From: Flaccisagitta enflata
Taxonomy: Eukaryota
Assembly (NCBI GenBank): GCA_965153355.1
Contig: OZ231126.1
Location: forward strand, 14,260,001-14,324,000
Direction: 5' to 3'
Length of the DNA stretch: 64,000 nucleotides
This document shows positions 26,911 to 39,444 of this stretch, one piece after another (the stretch's first letter is position 1; each line of letters starts with the position of its first letter). Position numbers and translations under genes: made by a program. The notes beneath the pieces are model-generated. The model was not told the origin of the DNA and ran no database searches. It was given only the letters and a program-made list of their open reading frames with translations.

Positions 26911-28455
26911 TTTTTAGTCGCGTGCACGCGACTCTACAACCCGCTCCGTCGGTCGGTCCGTCCGTCAGTCCGTCGGTCCGTTGGTCCGTCGGTCGGTAAC
27001 ACTTAGCTTTTTTGCGTCGTTTATGGTCATTTTGGGTTGTCTGGAGTCATTTTGAGTCATTTTTTGTTGCTTTAGCTCATTTTTGATTGTTTTTTATAAT
27101 TTTTGGTCATTTTTGATCATTTTTGATCATTTTTGATCATATATGTCATTTTGCTCATTTATGTCATTTGTGTCATTTTTGGGTGTTTAAAGTAGTTTTA
27201 AGTCATTTCAAGCCATTTTGGGACATTTCCTGTCATTTTTGGTCATTTGACATCATTTTTGGTATGTTTTGGTCATTTATGTCATTTTGTTCATTTTGAT
27301 CATTTAGCTCATTTTTGTCCTTTTTTCTTATTTCTTGTCTTAATAGGTCTTCTTTGGATATTATGGGTCACTTTAGGTCATTGTAGGTCATTTTGGGTCA
27401 TCTTGAGTCGTCATGGGTCCAGGCTGGGGACTCCATCTTTTGTCATTTTTTGGTCTGCTATAAGTCTGCTTTAAGTCTGGTTTGGGTCTGGTTTAAGTCT
27501 TGGTTTGAGTCTGGTTTAAGTTTTGTTTAAGTCTGGTTTAAGTCTGGTTTAAGTCTGGTTTAAGTCTGGTTTAAGTTTGGTGTGAGCCTGGTGTAAGCCT
27601 GCTGTAAGTCTGTTGTAAGTCTGGTTTAAGTCTGATTTAAGTCTGATTTAGGTTGGGATGAGGTCTGGATTAAGTCTGGATTAAGTCTGGTGTAAGTGTG
27701 GTGTAAGTGTGGTGTAAGTGTGGTGTAAGTGTGGTGTAAGTGTGGTGTAAGTCTGGTTTAAGTCTGGTTTAAGTCTGGTTTAAGTCTGGATTAAGTCTGG
27801 ATTAAGTCTGGTTTAAGTCTGGTTTGAGTCTGGTTTGAGTCTGGTTTGAGTCTGGTTGGAGTCTGGATTGAGTCCGGATTGAGTCTGGTTTGAATCTGGT
27901 TTGAGTCTGGTTTGAGACTGGTTTGAGTCCGGCTTGAGTCTGGCTTGAGTCTGGTTTAGGTCTGGTTTAAGAATGGTTTAAGAATGGTTTATGTCTGGTT
28001 TATGTCTGATTGATGTCTGGTTTGGGTCTGGTTTAGGTCTGGTTTATGTCTGATTTATGTCTGGTTAAGGTCTGGTTTATGTCTGGTTTAGGTCTGGTTT
28101 AGGTCTGGTTTAGGTCTGGTTTAATTCTGGTTTGAGTCTGGTTTGAGTCTGGTTTGAGTCTGGTTTGAGTCTGGTTTGAGTCTGGTTTGAGTCTGGTTTG
28201 AGTCTGGTTTGAGCCTGGATTGAGTCTGGATTGAGTCTGGTTTGAGTATGGATTCAGTCTGGTTTGAGTCCGGTTTGAGTCTGGTTTGAGTCTGGTTTGA
28301 GTCTGGTTTGAGTCTGGTTTGAGTCTGGTTTGAGTCTGGTTTGGGTCTGGTTTGGGTCAGGTTTAAGTCTGATTTTTGATAAAAAGATACAATAAGGAGT
28401 CACGTCAGTTCAGTTATTTTTGTCCTGCGCGCGACTTATAGGTGTTGGCCTTGTT
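26911..28455 (+). mobile_element. HINE-like element expanded to ~1.5 kb by an internal 10-bp minisatellite
   Basis: 5' TTTTTAGTCGCGTGCACGCGACTCTACAACCCGC plus (GTCS)n core; internal GTCATTTT-type then GTCTGGTTT(A/G)A 10-mers (~27035-28372); 3' GCGCGCGACTTATAGGTGTTGGCCTTGTT. Confidence 0.85.
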
Positions 28456-29034
28456 CTCTTCTTCTTCCTCCTTCCACTGGCCCTCTAGCGTTTTTCCTCG
28501 TGGATCCTCATTTGTCTTTTTTTTTTTGGCGGTGGTGGTGTTGGTTTTCATCCCACCGATTTTGCTCTTCCGGTCTTCGACCTTTTTGCGTGTCGTTGCC
28601 ATCATTTCTTTTCTTTTTATTGCCCGTGCCCTTAATTTTTCAAGCTCCCGACTTTACCCCCTGCCTCCAAACGATGCCTTCGGCGGCCTCTGGGTCATGA
28701 GTTTTGTTTGTACTTTTAGATATTGGTGCATTAGGTTTCTTTGTTCATTTAACTGGATATTAAAGTTGGGTTTCCTCTGTCTGTTTATTTAAGTTTGTAT
28801 CTATGACCTTGCCTTTCCCCTGATGCTTTCCAGCGCAATCCGATTTTTTTTCTGTTTTTTGTTTGTTTGTTTGTTTGTTTGTTTGTTTTGTTTGTTTTTG
28901 TTTTTTGTTTCTGTAGCGTTGTAATTATTGACGGCGACAGGCGGCGCGGCAGCGGGCGGAAATAAAACGTCAGGCGACCGCAAGAGGAGGCGATTACATG
29001 CAAGAGAAGGTAAGCGGTAAACAATAAGTCACTC

Positions 29035-29213
29035 TTTAGTCGCGTGCTACGCGACTCTACACCCCGCTATGTCGGTCCGTTGGTCGGTTGGTTGGTTGGT
29101 CAGTCGGTCGGTCAGTTGGTCAGTCGCTCCTGCCCAGATGCCCTAGTGACCTTCTCCAGCACTGCTCCTGCCCACCCGTACGCGACAAGGGTAGCCGTGT
29201 ATCCGGCCTTGTT
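29035..29213 (+). mobile_element. HINE-like element (same subfamily as 17148-17375)
   Basis: AGTCGCGTGCTACGCGACTCTACACCCCGC...GTAGCCGTGTATCCGGCCTTGTT. Confidence 0.85.
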
Positions 29214-29743
29214 TTTATAAGAGACAGCTTTTTTTGACTCAGCCTATCACTATCACTATTATGGTTTTTTTTTCAATGAAATGCCTGATTTCACAGGCAA
29301 ACTAAAAAAGGAAATTATCTTTAAAGAAAAACAACCTACAATTCTGAAAATTTTAGATAAATCTTTTTTTTAGATTAGTAACTAGATTTTTTTTTTTCTA
29401 AAAATTTCTTAAAATTTTGACAAATCTCAGGCTAATGTTAAGGGAGTACGAGATTTCCCAAAGATGAGCAAACTTCAAAAAACGGCCTCAGATACTCGAT
29501 AAACCTATGAGCGGGAACCTACTTAGTGGCAAATCACCAATCAGAACTCAGTCGGTGAAAAAAAAACCCGTGGATGGGCTCAGAAACCAAATCGCGACTA
29601 GTTTTTAGATGATTTTTCGCACTTAGTCAGATTTTAAAAGCTTATTTGTTCATTCAAATTTCAACTTCATAAAAAAGTAAAGCACTAACCAGGCAGGATC
29701 AATATTTCTCAAAAACATAAATTTAGCATGTGCTTTAGATATA

Positions 29744-29918
29744 CAGTGGAGCACCGCTTAAGTGCACCTACTAATAAGTCATGCCCGCCAACAAGGCATA
29801 TAACCTGTAGTCTCATGAGAGATTTTAGTAGTTGTGTCTACAGTGGTAATAAGCCAGCTTCACTATAAAGCATAATTTTGCTCAATCCCTTGGCATGCAC
29901 TCTAGTGAAGCTCAATTG
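29744..29918. mobile_element. Degenerate pogo/Tigger-like MITE nested in the 3-kb element
   Basis: TA-CAGTGGAGC...GCTCAATTG-TA: imperfect TIR with TA flanks. Confidence 0.5.
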
Positions 29919-30121
29919 TATTTTAATTATTTCTTTTCAAATTAACTCTATTTTGTTAATTCAAACTAGCTCAGTAGTTTCTTTTCAGCTACCCCCTTTC
30001 CTCCCTCTCTCTCTCTCCTTCTTTTTTTTTCCTTTCTTTCCTCTCCCTCTCACTCACTGACTCTCTCTCCCTCTCACTCACTGACTCCCTCTCACTCACT
30101 GACTCTCTCTCTCTCTCTCTT

Positions 30122-30230
<109 letters not shown>

Positions 30231-30259
30231 ACCTCTCTCTCTTTACCTATCTTCTTTCT

Positions 30260-31780
30260 TTGAAAATTTGGAAGGCTAAATTGGCCAGGATAAACTGAAA
30301 GCAGCCTTACTTATCATTTCTGACAAAAGCAAAGTAAAAGACAACTTAGGTGCCCAAAGGACCTGGCGTTGAAGTTAGTTGCAATGGAGAATTCTTCAAA
30401 TTAATGGAATAGAGCTGAAGAATTCAGCGCATTTGAAGAGCAAAGAAGACATAGAAATGATGCTGTGCTGATGAAGGAGGGAAGAATTGGCAAGGCAAGG
30501 CAATTGACCAGCTAGACAGCTTTTTAGCATATCTTGAGTATAAGGAATAGTGTGAGAAAAAAGCAGCAGGCACTTATGGAAAGACACAGTTGAAGCCACT
30601 TTCAAAAATGTTCACAGAGGATGAACTTTAAAAAAATTTCAATTGACAGCGAAGCAGATGAGAACTACTTTGAACTAGGGATGTGGAAGCGATTGACCGC
30701 TTCCAATTTGGAGGATGGGATAGCTACTAGTATTTGTACTGTAAAATGGAAGCGGAAGCGGAAGCGGAAGCGGTGGAAGCGGCATGAAAATCGACCGCTT
30801 CCACATCCCTACTTTGAACACTTCTCACAACAGCTCAAAGCTAAAGGAGGTGCAGCATTTCAAGCCATAAGTGGCAGATTGGTTCCCAAATTGATAAACA
30901 AAGCATTTGCAAAGGGAGCTGAAGGCATGCTCGAAGGCAAAAAATTGAAAGCCAAGCAAATGGAAGTTACAAAAATCAAGACAGATTGGTCCAGGGCCCA
31001 AAAGGATTTGATGGAGTCCAAACTTGCTATCACTGATCCAGAGGCAGAAAAGCTAGCCAAAGAACAGTCAAAAAACAAGGCGATGGCCTTGTGCCAAGAT
31101 AATGGCAAGAAACAAAAATGTGATGCTCCATTGACATCTCAAAATGAAATTCACAAATGCTACAATTGAATGAAGATGTTGAAGAAGCAGAATTAATTGT
31201 TTATTTTGTGCAGGGAAATCAAGTTGAAAAAAATCATTTTTTTTTTAGTTGCCTAGTGACTTTGTTTACATCAAGCAATGCAATATCAGTTCCAAACAAA
31301 TGTATGAAAATTTACTGGCATTACATTCTGTTAACCAATGCAATCAAGAATTTATTACAGTTGATGATGTTTATGAAGTAACTAATATGCTTGATTCACC
31401 CACAGCACAGTCTCAAACAAAAAGAAAAAGATCTGCAGCAGCCACTTCAGCTCATCCTGAACTGGACTTCCAATGGCTACTTCAGGAGGAAGAGTCGTTT
31501 ATTACTTTGGAAGTAGATAGTTGGAACCTTGGGTCAGTCCAGTCATACAACTAGGAGCTAGATACCACTATTGTTCAAGCCCTCATCACTCTGACAACTT
31601 GTGCAAAAGGTGATGTAGAAAAAACATATTGGATTTACCCAACTGAAAAAGTAGTAGATCACTTTGAAAAGAAGCATGTGCTTGAAATCACGCTTTTGTT
31701 ACATTTGCCAAAAATATTAAACAAAAAGATTTGGTTTTTGCACTTCTCAACAGAGAGGTCATTGAAGCTCTGTGAATAAC
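30260..31780 (+). pseudogene. Frameshifted and stop-interrupted C-terminal part of a putative transposase
   Basis: Coding-like fragments in several frames: KPLSKMFTEDEL*, ISIDSEADENYFE[MITE]HFSQQLKAKGGAAFQAISGRLVPKLINK, a helical K/E-rich stretch, then PELDFQW...TYWIYPTEKVVDHFEKKHVL. The (N/D)-x3-E-x2-F spacing resembles the hAT-type catalytic-Glu region (inference, not searched). Confidence 0.6.
30676..30811. mobile_element. 136-bp hAT-like MITE (copy 2)
   Basis: TIR TAGGGATGTGGAAGCG / CGCTTCCACATCCCTA; perfect 8-bp TSD CTTTGAAC at 30668-30675 and 30812-30819. Confidence 0.93.
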
Positions 31781-33026
31781 TCATCACCGCTAATGCCCAA
31801 GAATAGTAGCACAATAGAGGTTAAGAAAAATTAATGACCATTCATGATCTGACCTATGATTTAACTCCCTCTTACACAAATCTTATGAATTGGATGATTG
31901 CACTGATGTTTCATGGAACTTTGTTTGACTAGGAGTGAGTTATTTGATTGTTAAAATGATTACTATTTCATTACAGATCACTAGCTTAACTTAGAGTTTG
32001 CTAGGTTTTGTTAATATCATGGCTAGGAGCTAGTCAAATAGCTAGATATATTGATTTCAGTAACAGTTTTCCGTTTTTGCCCATTTTTCTGCAATTTTTA
32101 ACATTTTTCACCTGCTGATACTTAAATTTTCTAGTTATTTTTTTATCCAAGGGATGAAGAATGCTACTGAGGCATGGCATGAACAACAGTAGTTTGAAAA
32201 AGAAAAAAAGATTTGATAAGCTTTTGCTATTTATAAAAAAAACGCTAATAAAACGACATAAATAATGCGAAAATTGGTTTTTGGGGCCATCCGCGGGGTA
32301 TTTTTTGAATGACAGCCCCAAAATTGGTGGAAAACCTCATATTTTGGGCCCACTGACATGAAAATCAAGTATCTGAGGCGAGATTTTGACTTGCCCTACA
32401 CTTGTACTCCCTTACTAATGTCTCTTATAAACTGGCCTGTACGTTCGTGGACCGGGTTGTAAACACACGTAGATCGGTTTTATCTGTTACCGTGTCCTGA
32501 ACAAAATCGCGACTTTTTTTTTTAAGTTCAGGGCGCGGCGAAAAACTAGCTAACTAAGCAAAACCGATCATCTCACGAAAGGCAACCACGATAAAAGCGA
32601 CAAATTCATGCTGCTTTGGCAAATCCCTATACCTGACAATCTTTTAGTCTATTGATAGTTCATCATTAGGCAATAACATGGAGAAATAAACATTTCAATG
32701 ATAAGACTTTTATTAAGATTTTAACGAATTGACAGTAAACAATGCAATGATTACGCGAGAAATACAATAATTACAATATTCCGTCTGTTTAGTCTCCCTC
32801 TCCCTCATTCTGATTTGCTACAATCTGACACACTTAGCATACTTTTCAACTCAATCCTCACTGAACTGATGGACCATCGGATGGAGAAAGTCTTATAGAG
32901 CTGCTTGTCCCCGACTAAAAACGGAGAAACCCTCCAATCTATCCATAATTACTTCCTTTTTTCAATAGGACAGTAATCATTCAATAAAAACCAGTATGTG
33001 TAGCCATCAAGGGCCTCGCGTTACGT

Positions 33027-33665
33027 TTGGGTGCTTCACATAGAAAAAGTTGGGAGTATACCTTCACCCTATTAAGGTAATGTGGAGGAGCAAAAATCAT
33101 AAAGATGACCATTTTTTACCCGACCGACAGACCAACCAACCAACCAACCAACGGACACAGCCAGTTATAGAGGTGCTTTGTCGCACCTAAAAAGTTGGGA
33201 GTATACCTTCACCCTATTAAAGTAATGTGGAGGAGCAAAAATCATAAAGATGACCATTTTCTTTTTTTCAAAATTCTTTTTTTGTTTTGGCCTTAAAGTT
33301 CTCACAGATTTCCCAGAATTCAGCAAAATCCTGTGTAGGTTTGTTACAAAAAGAACAATTATTTATTTAAAAAAATCATGATATACGTAAAAATTAACTA
33401 AAATGTCAGAATATAAGCTATAAAAAAGGTTATAGAAAAACAAAATTACAATTCTATAAAAAGTAGAAATTTGTAACAGTTAATTCAAGCAATGTTAGCA
33501 TATTGTTTTATCCTACTGCATTATGTAAATGCAAAACAATTTAAAAAAAAATAGAAGATGAACAATTTCTGAAAAAAAAAAGGGTAAAGGTCCTAAAATT
33601 AGCCATTGCACATTATGTAAAAGGGCAAAAAGAAAAAACTAACTTTTGCTATGTGAAGCACCCAA
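33027..33665. mobile_element. MITE with 25-bp TIRs and 9-bp TSD
   Basis: TIR TTGGGTGCTTCACATAGAAAAAGTT / AACTTTTGCTATGTGAAGCACCCAA (1 mismatch); TSD GCGTTACGT at 33018-33026 and 33666-33674. Confidence 0.88.
33116..33193 (-). mobile_element. HINE 5' half (AGGTGCGAC subfamily) inserted in the 9-bp-TSD MITE
   Basis: Matches 18880-18952 (ACGGACACAGCCAGTTATAGAGGTGCTTTGTCGCACCTAAAAA) but lacks the 3' hairpin end. Confidence 0.8.
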
Positions 33666-33776
33666 GCGTTACGTTGAATAGGCTAGCATAATTTTCTACA
33701 AGCCCATTGTTTTTTACAGCAAAAGAATTAAAACAGGCGTCCCCTGGCGGAGGAAAGATCACCATGAAACAACTGC

Positions 33777-33781
<5 letters not shown>

Positions 33782-33868
<87 letters not shown>

Positions 33869-33935
33869 CGTGTTCATTCTCTGTGTGTTCGTTCTGTGTG
33901 TGTGTTCGTTCTGTGTGTGTGTTCGTTCTGTGTGT
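33782..33935. repeat. (GT)n microsatellite and derived GTTCGTTCTGTGTGT repeats
   Basis: Pure GT run at 33782-33864, then degenerate repeats. Confidence 0.95.
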
Positions 33936-34834
33936 TCTTTTGGAAAAAAGTCACCGTTTTCGACTTTCATTGGCTATCCCTTAAAGCAAGCTTTTTACAA
34001 TTGCCGCGCGTTGTAATTTGTGTTTGTTTTTGAAATTAAATTCATTCATTCATTCATGTTCTGTGTGTATGTAAAATACCGCGTGAAACACAATCTCCAA
34101 CCGTCAAAGTACCTATGCGCTGACGTCGACGAAGTAGAATCGGTCCATCGGTCGCTACGCCACGACCACGCCAATCCTCACGATGCCACGCCACGCGCTA
34201 CGCCAACAACGTCATTGTGTTTGTTCTGTGTGTGTTTGTTCTGTGTGTTTGTAAGTAAATTATGGGGTGAGTTTGTTGTATGAGCGTGTGTGTGTGTGTT
34301 TTTATTTCTTTTTGTCTGTAAATGTCTCCGAGTTTTCATTGTCTGTCATGCTGTTCTTGAACCTTACCAATTTTCTTTGCTCTGTCGTTTTGCGCTTCAT
34401 GTGGCCTTGACCAGATTTTAAATGAAGTTCTTTACAACATGGGTCTTCCAGAGTAGCCTTGAGATCGTGCCCCCTAACCATAAACAGAACAAGGTATTAC
34501 CTTTCTTAGATTACTGCGGGCACGGGCATGGGCTATACCCTCTGGCGGATTTGTCCATCAGTCAGTCCCTAATATCTTATGATTATTTATTTTGTTCTTA
34601 TAAACTCGGTTGTTATAAAAAAGAAGTGTTCTGGTAATTTCTGAACATGACTTCCTCAGTCCATGATTACCCTACGATGCAGTATTACGTTTTGTAAAGT
34701 CGCATTCACGGCGGCCGGCGGTCTGTCGTTTGCTTCACTATTGGTTCTGGTCGTACCTGCAGTGTCAAAAAGAAAATTACAATGCAAATTTTGATGAATT
34801 AGAAAACAGCGAAAGGGAAGAATTATGGTCAAAC

Positions 34835-34908
<74 letters not shown>

Positions 34909-34987
34909 CTTTGAGATAGAAAACTACTTTCACGCACGCACGGACGTAAACACAAACACACACACACATTCAGACTTTGACGCAATA

Positions 34988-35755
34988 CACTTTTTTTTTT
35001 TATAAGCACGCTCTTTTTTTGGCTGAGGCTGAGCGTGCTTAGCAAAATCTCATTTTCGAGGCTGAAATGTGCTTAAGTGCGTGCTTATCATTTATCGGTA
35101 AGTCATTATCCTACTAAGTATAGAACAAAGTACCCAGTATAGAACAAAAACAGTATAGAACAAAGTACACAGTAGGGTATAGAAAACAGTAAAGCATAGA
35201 GTATTGTGTAGTATAGAATAAAGTATAATATAAAACACAGTAATGAATGTATTTTTTTATAAAAAAATATACAGTATCTTTCACTGGCGTTGTCCTACTT
35301 TCATATAAACCATGGGATGAGATTAGTTTCATGACCTGATATAAATTTTTTTAGATTTTTTATGTTATTTAGTATCATGCTTTATTTTTTCTTTTTAGGG
35401 TGGTGCTTTTTACAGCAATAAATTCTTATTAACAATAGTATCTAGCAATGATATTCTTAAATATCATTAGAAATTTAATCATTTCTATCAGTATCTATCT
35501 ATCAGTATCTATCAAAATCTTGAATGTACTGACAGACTGATATTATAGATGATTTCAAATTCTATCAAAGTTTCTATTTGTTTTTGTGAAATTTTAACAA
35601 AAAATGTATAAGAATTGGTATATTTTTGGAAAATCAATAATTTTTTTCGAATGGAAAATCTCAGCCTGGAACGTGCTTAGCAATGTGCTTAAATTTTCCC
35701 AATATCTGAGGCTGGGCGTGCTTATAAACGAGGTGCTTATAAAAAAAAAAGAGTG
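34988..35755. mobile_element. TA-TSD MITE (Tc1/mariner-type), copy 1
   Basis: TA|CACTTTT...TATAAGCAC and GTGCTTATAAAAAAAAAAGAGTG|TA; repeated GTGCTTA motifs near both ends; homologous along its length to 51847-52556. Confidence 0.85.
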
Positions 35756-36013
35756 TAACAGCAGCATTCTATTTCGAGGTAATTTTTGCAAGAAGACCTC
35801 ATTAGTTTGTGATTGCTACTTGAAGCAGCATCTCCCTTTCCAGTTTGCGTACGCGCGTGGGCCAGCATGGTCAATTGTTCTCCGGTTCGCCGTTGGTTCA
35901 GGTTGTAACTGCAGTGTCATAACAAGGCGAGACACACGGCAACTTTAGTCATGGGCGGGTGGGCAGTAGCGGAAAACACCGATTTTGTGACAGACAGATC
36001 GTCTCTCTCTCAC

Positions 36014-36046
<33 letters not shown>

Positions 36047-36479
36047 TTATTTTTTAAAATCTCTCTTTAATTTTTTTAAATGTTCCCGGGCATTCAAAAA
36101 GGTGTGCGGTGGGTCCCTGAAACAGCGATCATATCCGTATCGAGATTGATACATCATCTAGATACATAGACAAATCGAGACAGTGTCAAAAATCACCCCA
36201 ATGTTTCTTATTTTCATTCCAACAAAAAAGAGCTCGTGCGGCACCAATTAGTCTCCAAGTATAAATGACCTTACCTGTCTCGTCTTTTTGTATTCGATGG
36301 ACAACAGTCTTGTGATGGGACTCCCCTACAGCTTGAAGTGAAAATAAAATTCATTCAGAGAAAAAAAATAAAGAAACAGAAATCGTTGATGGATCTAGCA
36401 CGTCGAAAGAGATTAAGAGCAGTTTCAACGCTTCTTCCGTTTTACGCTGTTTGGATTCATATGCAATAAAAAAAAGGAA

Positions 36480-36581
36480 ACGACGCAAAAAAGCAAAGTG
36501 TTACCGACCGACCGACCGACCGACCGACCGACCGACCGACCGACGGAGCGGGTTGTAGAGTCACGTGCACGCGACTAAAAA
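36480..36581 (-). mobile_element. HINE-like 5' fragment
   Basis: (CCGA)n followed by CGGGTTGTAGAGTCACGTGCACGCGACTAAAAA. Confidence 0.7.
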
Positions 36582-37215
36582 GTGTAATTGTAATTGTAAT
36601 TGTAACAAGCAGTGAGCGATACACAGCATACTTGGTCGGCGGCGCGGCTATAGGCCGTGGTGACAGCCTAACAGGCAGCGATAGCAGCATGTGGAGGTGA
36701 TGGCAGGCAGCCACTGGCAAGTACAGGTGAATTGGGTGCATTTTGATTTTTGAGGGTTGGTGACAGGCTGGTGAAATAGACATTGTCAAGCAGTGTGTGG
36801 GTATATGGGGTAGATTTAGAGGGTTGGTGACAGGCTGGTGAAATAAACTTGGTCGAGGAACCAAAATAAGCACCGTGTGGCGGTCTCCGGCGACAACCGA
36901 AGGCGGCGGAGATAAAATCGACGGGAGAGCAGTTTAACTCATCCTGCTCAATGTAGACTCGCCGAGGAAAAAAAAACACAAAAACATCCATCCTAAAAAT
37001 TCGCCGCCCGTTTCATGTTTTTTTTTTTCTTTCTCTTTTAGTTTCCCTCTTTTCCATTCTCTCAGTAATCTCTTCCGTGCATATCGATCAAAACAAAGTT
37101 AAATCCAACAGTAACGAACAAAGAGTTTCATCCGTCTGTCAGTCTGTCGACTCGGCACGACTTAAGGTCGATGACATGAACAAACACAAAATTACCACCA
37201 ACAGTGCGTGAGCTG

Positions 37216-37250
<35 letters not shown>

Positions 37251-37495
37251 AATCTCCTTAATATTTTTTGTCTTTTTGCTCATCGTTAAAATTTGTAAGC
37301 ATGGTTGATAAATTTTGTATTTGAAATAATTTTTTTATTTGAAATATTTTTGGTTTGAATGAACACATTCTGTACGAAATGACTCATTCAGAGGTCCAAC
37401 GTGGGAAAGAAATAATTCATGATGGAACGACCCGATACCAATATCGTTGAGACGGGTGGGTAGGGGCGTATTACACAATGACATTAATTCTGACA

Positions 37496-37884
37496 TTTTT
37501 AGTCGCGTGCACGCGACTCTACAACCCGCTTTGTCGGTCTGTCCGTCCGTCGGTCCGTCCGTCCGTCCGTCCATCCGTCCGTCCGTCCGTCCGTCCGTCA
37601 CACTTTACTTTTTTGTACTATAACGTCAACTCTTAGGTCATTTTAAGTCATTTTAAGTCATTTATAGTTATTCTAAGTCATTTTGAGTCAGTCTAAGTCA
37701 TTTTAAGTCATTTTAAGTCATTTTAAGTTATTTTAAGTTATTTTTGGTTTTTTGGTTTTTTAGTCATTTTAAGTCAATTTTGGTCATTTTAGGTCATTCT
37801 AAGTCATTGAAAGTCATTCTAAGTCATTCTAAGTCACTCTTTGTCTGTAAGTCTCGCACGCGACTTATAGGTGTTGGCCTTGTT
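37496..37884 (+). mobile_element. HINE-like element with internal (AAGTCATTTT)n 10-mers
   Basis: Same 5' and 3' ends as 26911-28455, with ~20 internal 10-bp units. Confidence 0.85.
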
Positions 37885-38068
37885 CACTTTACGTTTACCC
37901 CTGCTTTGGATGCATCGATTTTGATGAAAAAGATTTTTTGATGATCCTTCGATTCCTGGAAATATATTGACCCTTAACCTCTGACCCTTGAACTTTTATA
38001 TTGATTCTCAAGACTCAAAGCAAGGGTAAAAAAACTAGATTTCGATGCCTTTTTGGCGATTGTTATTG

Positions 38069-38240
38069 AACAAGGCCGGATACACGGCCATCAGTTGCGG
38101 ACGGGTGGGCAGGGGCGGAAATACGCGTTTTCCCACTTTTCGACTCGATGGTTACGGACGGACGGACGGACGGACGGACGGACCGACGGACGGACGGACG
38201 GACAAAGCCTCTTATAGAGTTGCGTGTCCGCAACTAAAAA
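38069..38240 (-). mobile_element. HINE-like element, AGTTGCGGAC subfamily
   Basis: Minus strand: TTTTTAGTTGCGGACACGCAACT...(GTCC)n...GTCCGCAACTGATGGCCGTGTATCCGGCCTTGTT. Confidence 0.85.
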
Positions 38241-38852
38241 GTACAACGTCATTTGTTTATGTGTGCATCTGTGCCTGATTTCGCTCAAGTGCATGATTTC
38301 ACTCAAGTGCAATCAGTACCACTCATTTGAGCATACCTCGCGCTCATGTGATGACGTAAGCATGATTGAATTCAACTTGGCAAAATGGCACCATCAGGCC
38401 CAAAATGGTTCTCAGGTGTATAATATCATTGCAAATATGTGTGTTATCATCCGATTGCATCATTTCCCAGTTCTAGATGCATGTGTCAGATATATGATTA
38501 TAAACGAGCTGCAAATAATGTAAAATGTGCAAGAGACGCAGATAATCGTTTACATGTAAAATGAGAGACATCTCGGCTTAGTAATGACGCAAAGGCCGTT
38601 AATGGCATGGCTACCAGACTTACCGCGCCGTTCAATCAAGTGTCGCTGTCACTTTCCGCTTTGCGTTTTATTATTTTCATGTATCACATCAGGCGTCAAA
38701 GCTTTATCGGGCGCGCGAACGCGCGTGCGCGACCGACTTATTTATCATCTAGACTTTTTCTATTTGACGAATCTGCGGCTGTCTGTGGACAGCAGGGTTC
38801 CGTAGCGCACATCTGGATCAACTGGTCTGTCGTCTGAGTTGAGTCATGTGCG

Positions 38853-38909
<57 letters not shown>

Positions 38910-39100
38910 ATATTTCATACAATTCCATCTGCTTACTTATCATTTCATAACATTTCATCATTGATTAGGAGATGAGAGTTGAAAGTTAGTATGTGCGTCA
39001 TCACATCAACTCATTGAAATAAGTGGGTTCCTGATAGAATTATCGGCAAGGGATGCTTGGATAATGGATTGTTGTAAAGGCAAATACGAGAAAAAAAAAA

Positions 39101-39131
<31 letters not shown>

Positions 39132-39226
39132 GAAAGAGAGTGATTATCATAAAGCAAACGTATTTTTTAGATATTTTAAATAAATCATCTTCTCTGTTCC
39201 AGTCAATTGCTGGATAAAAGAGCATT

Positions 39227-39444
39227 GGGGGTGGTGGGGTAAAATGGGTCACCTGGGGTAAAATAAGTCAACCACTTCATTCAGCCCTGGTAGTGGTTTC
39301 GGCAGAATTTTTTTTTTCATCCACAACTAGACAAACTGAACCTTCTTTAATTATAAGAATTGCCAATATTTTCCTCAATTTCTTCGAAAAAAAAGTGGGT
39401 GACCCATTTTACCCCAGGTGACCCATTTAACCCCATTCCACCCC
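39227..39444. mobile_element. Small MITE with ~35-bp TIRs
   Basis: TGGGGTAAAATGGGTCACCTGGGGTAAAAT / ATTTTACCCCAGGTGACCCATTTAACCCCA inverted pair. Confidence 0.75.

Noticed and set aside
27470..28372. Regularly spaced short repeats as a possible CRISPR or telomeric array
   Set aside because: Contiguous 10-bp units with no unique spacers, enclosed by HINE termini, in a eukaryotic context with no cas genes.
36752..36846. Direct repeat GAGGGTTGGTGACAGGCTGGTGAAATA x2, and a ~35-bp tandem duplication at ~40072-40136
   Set aside because: Simple local duplications with no associated structure.
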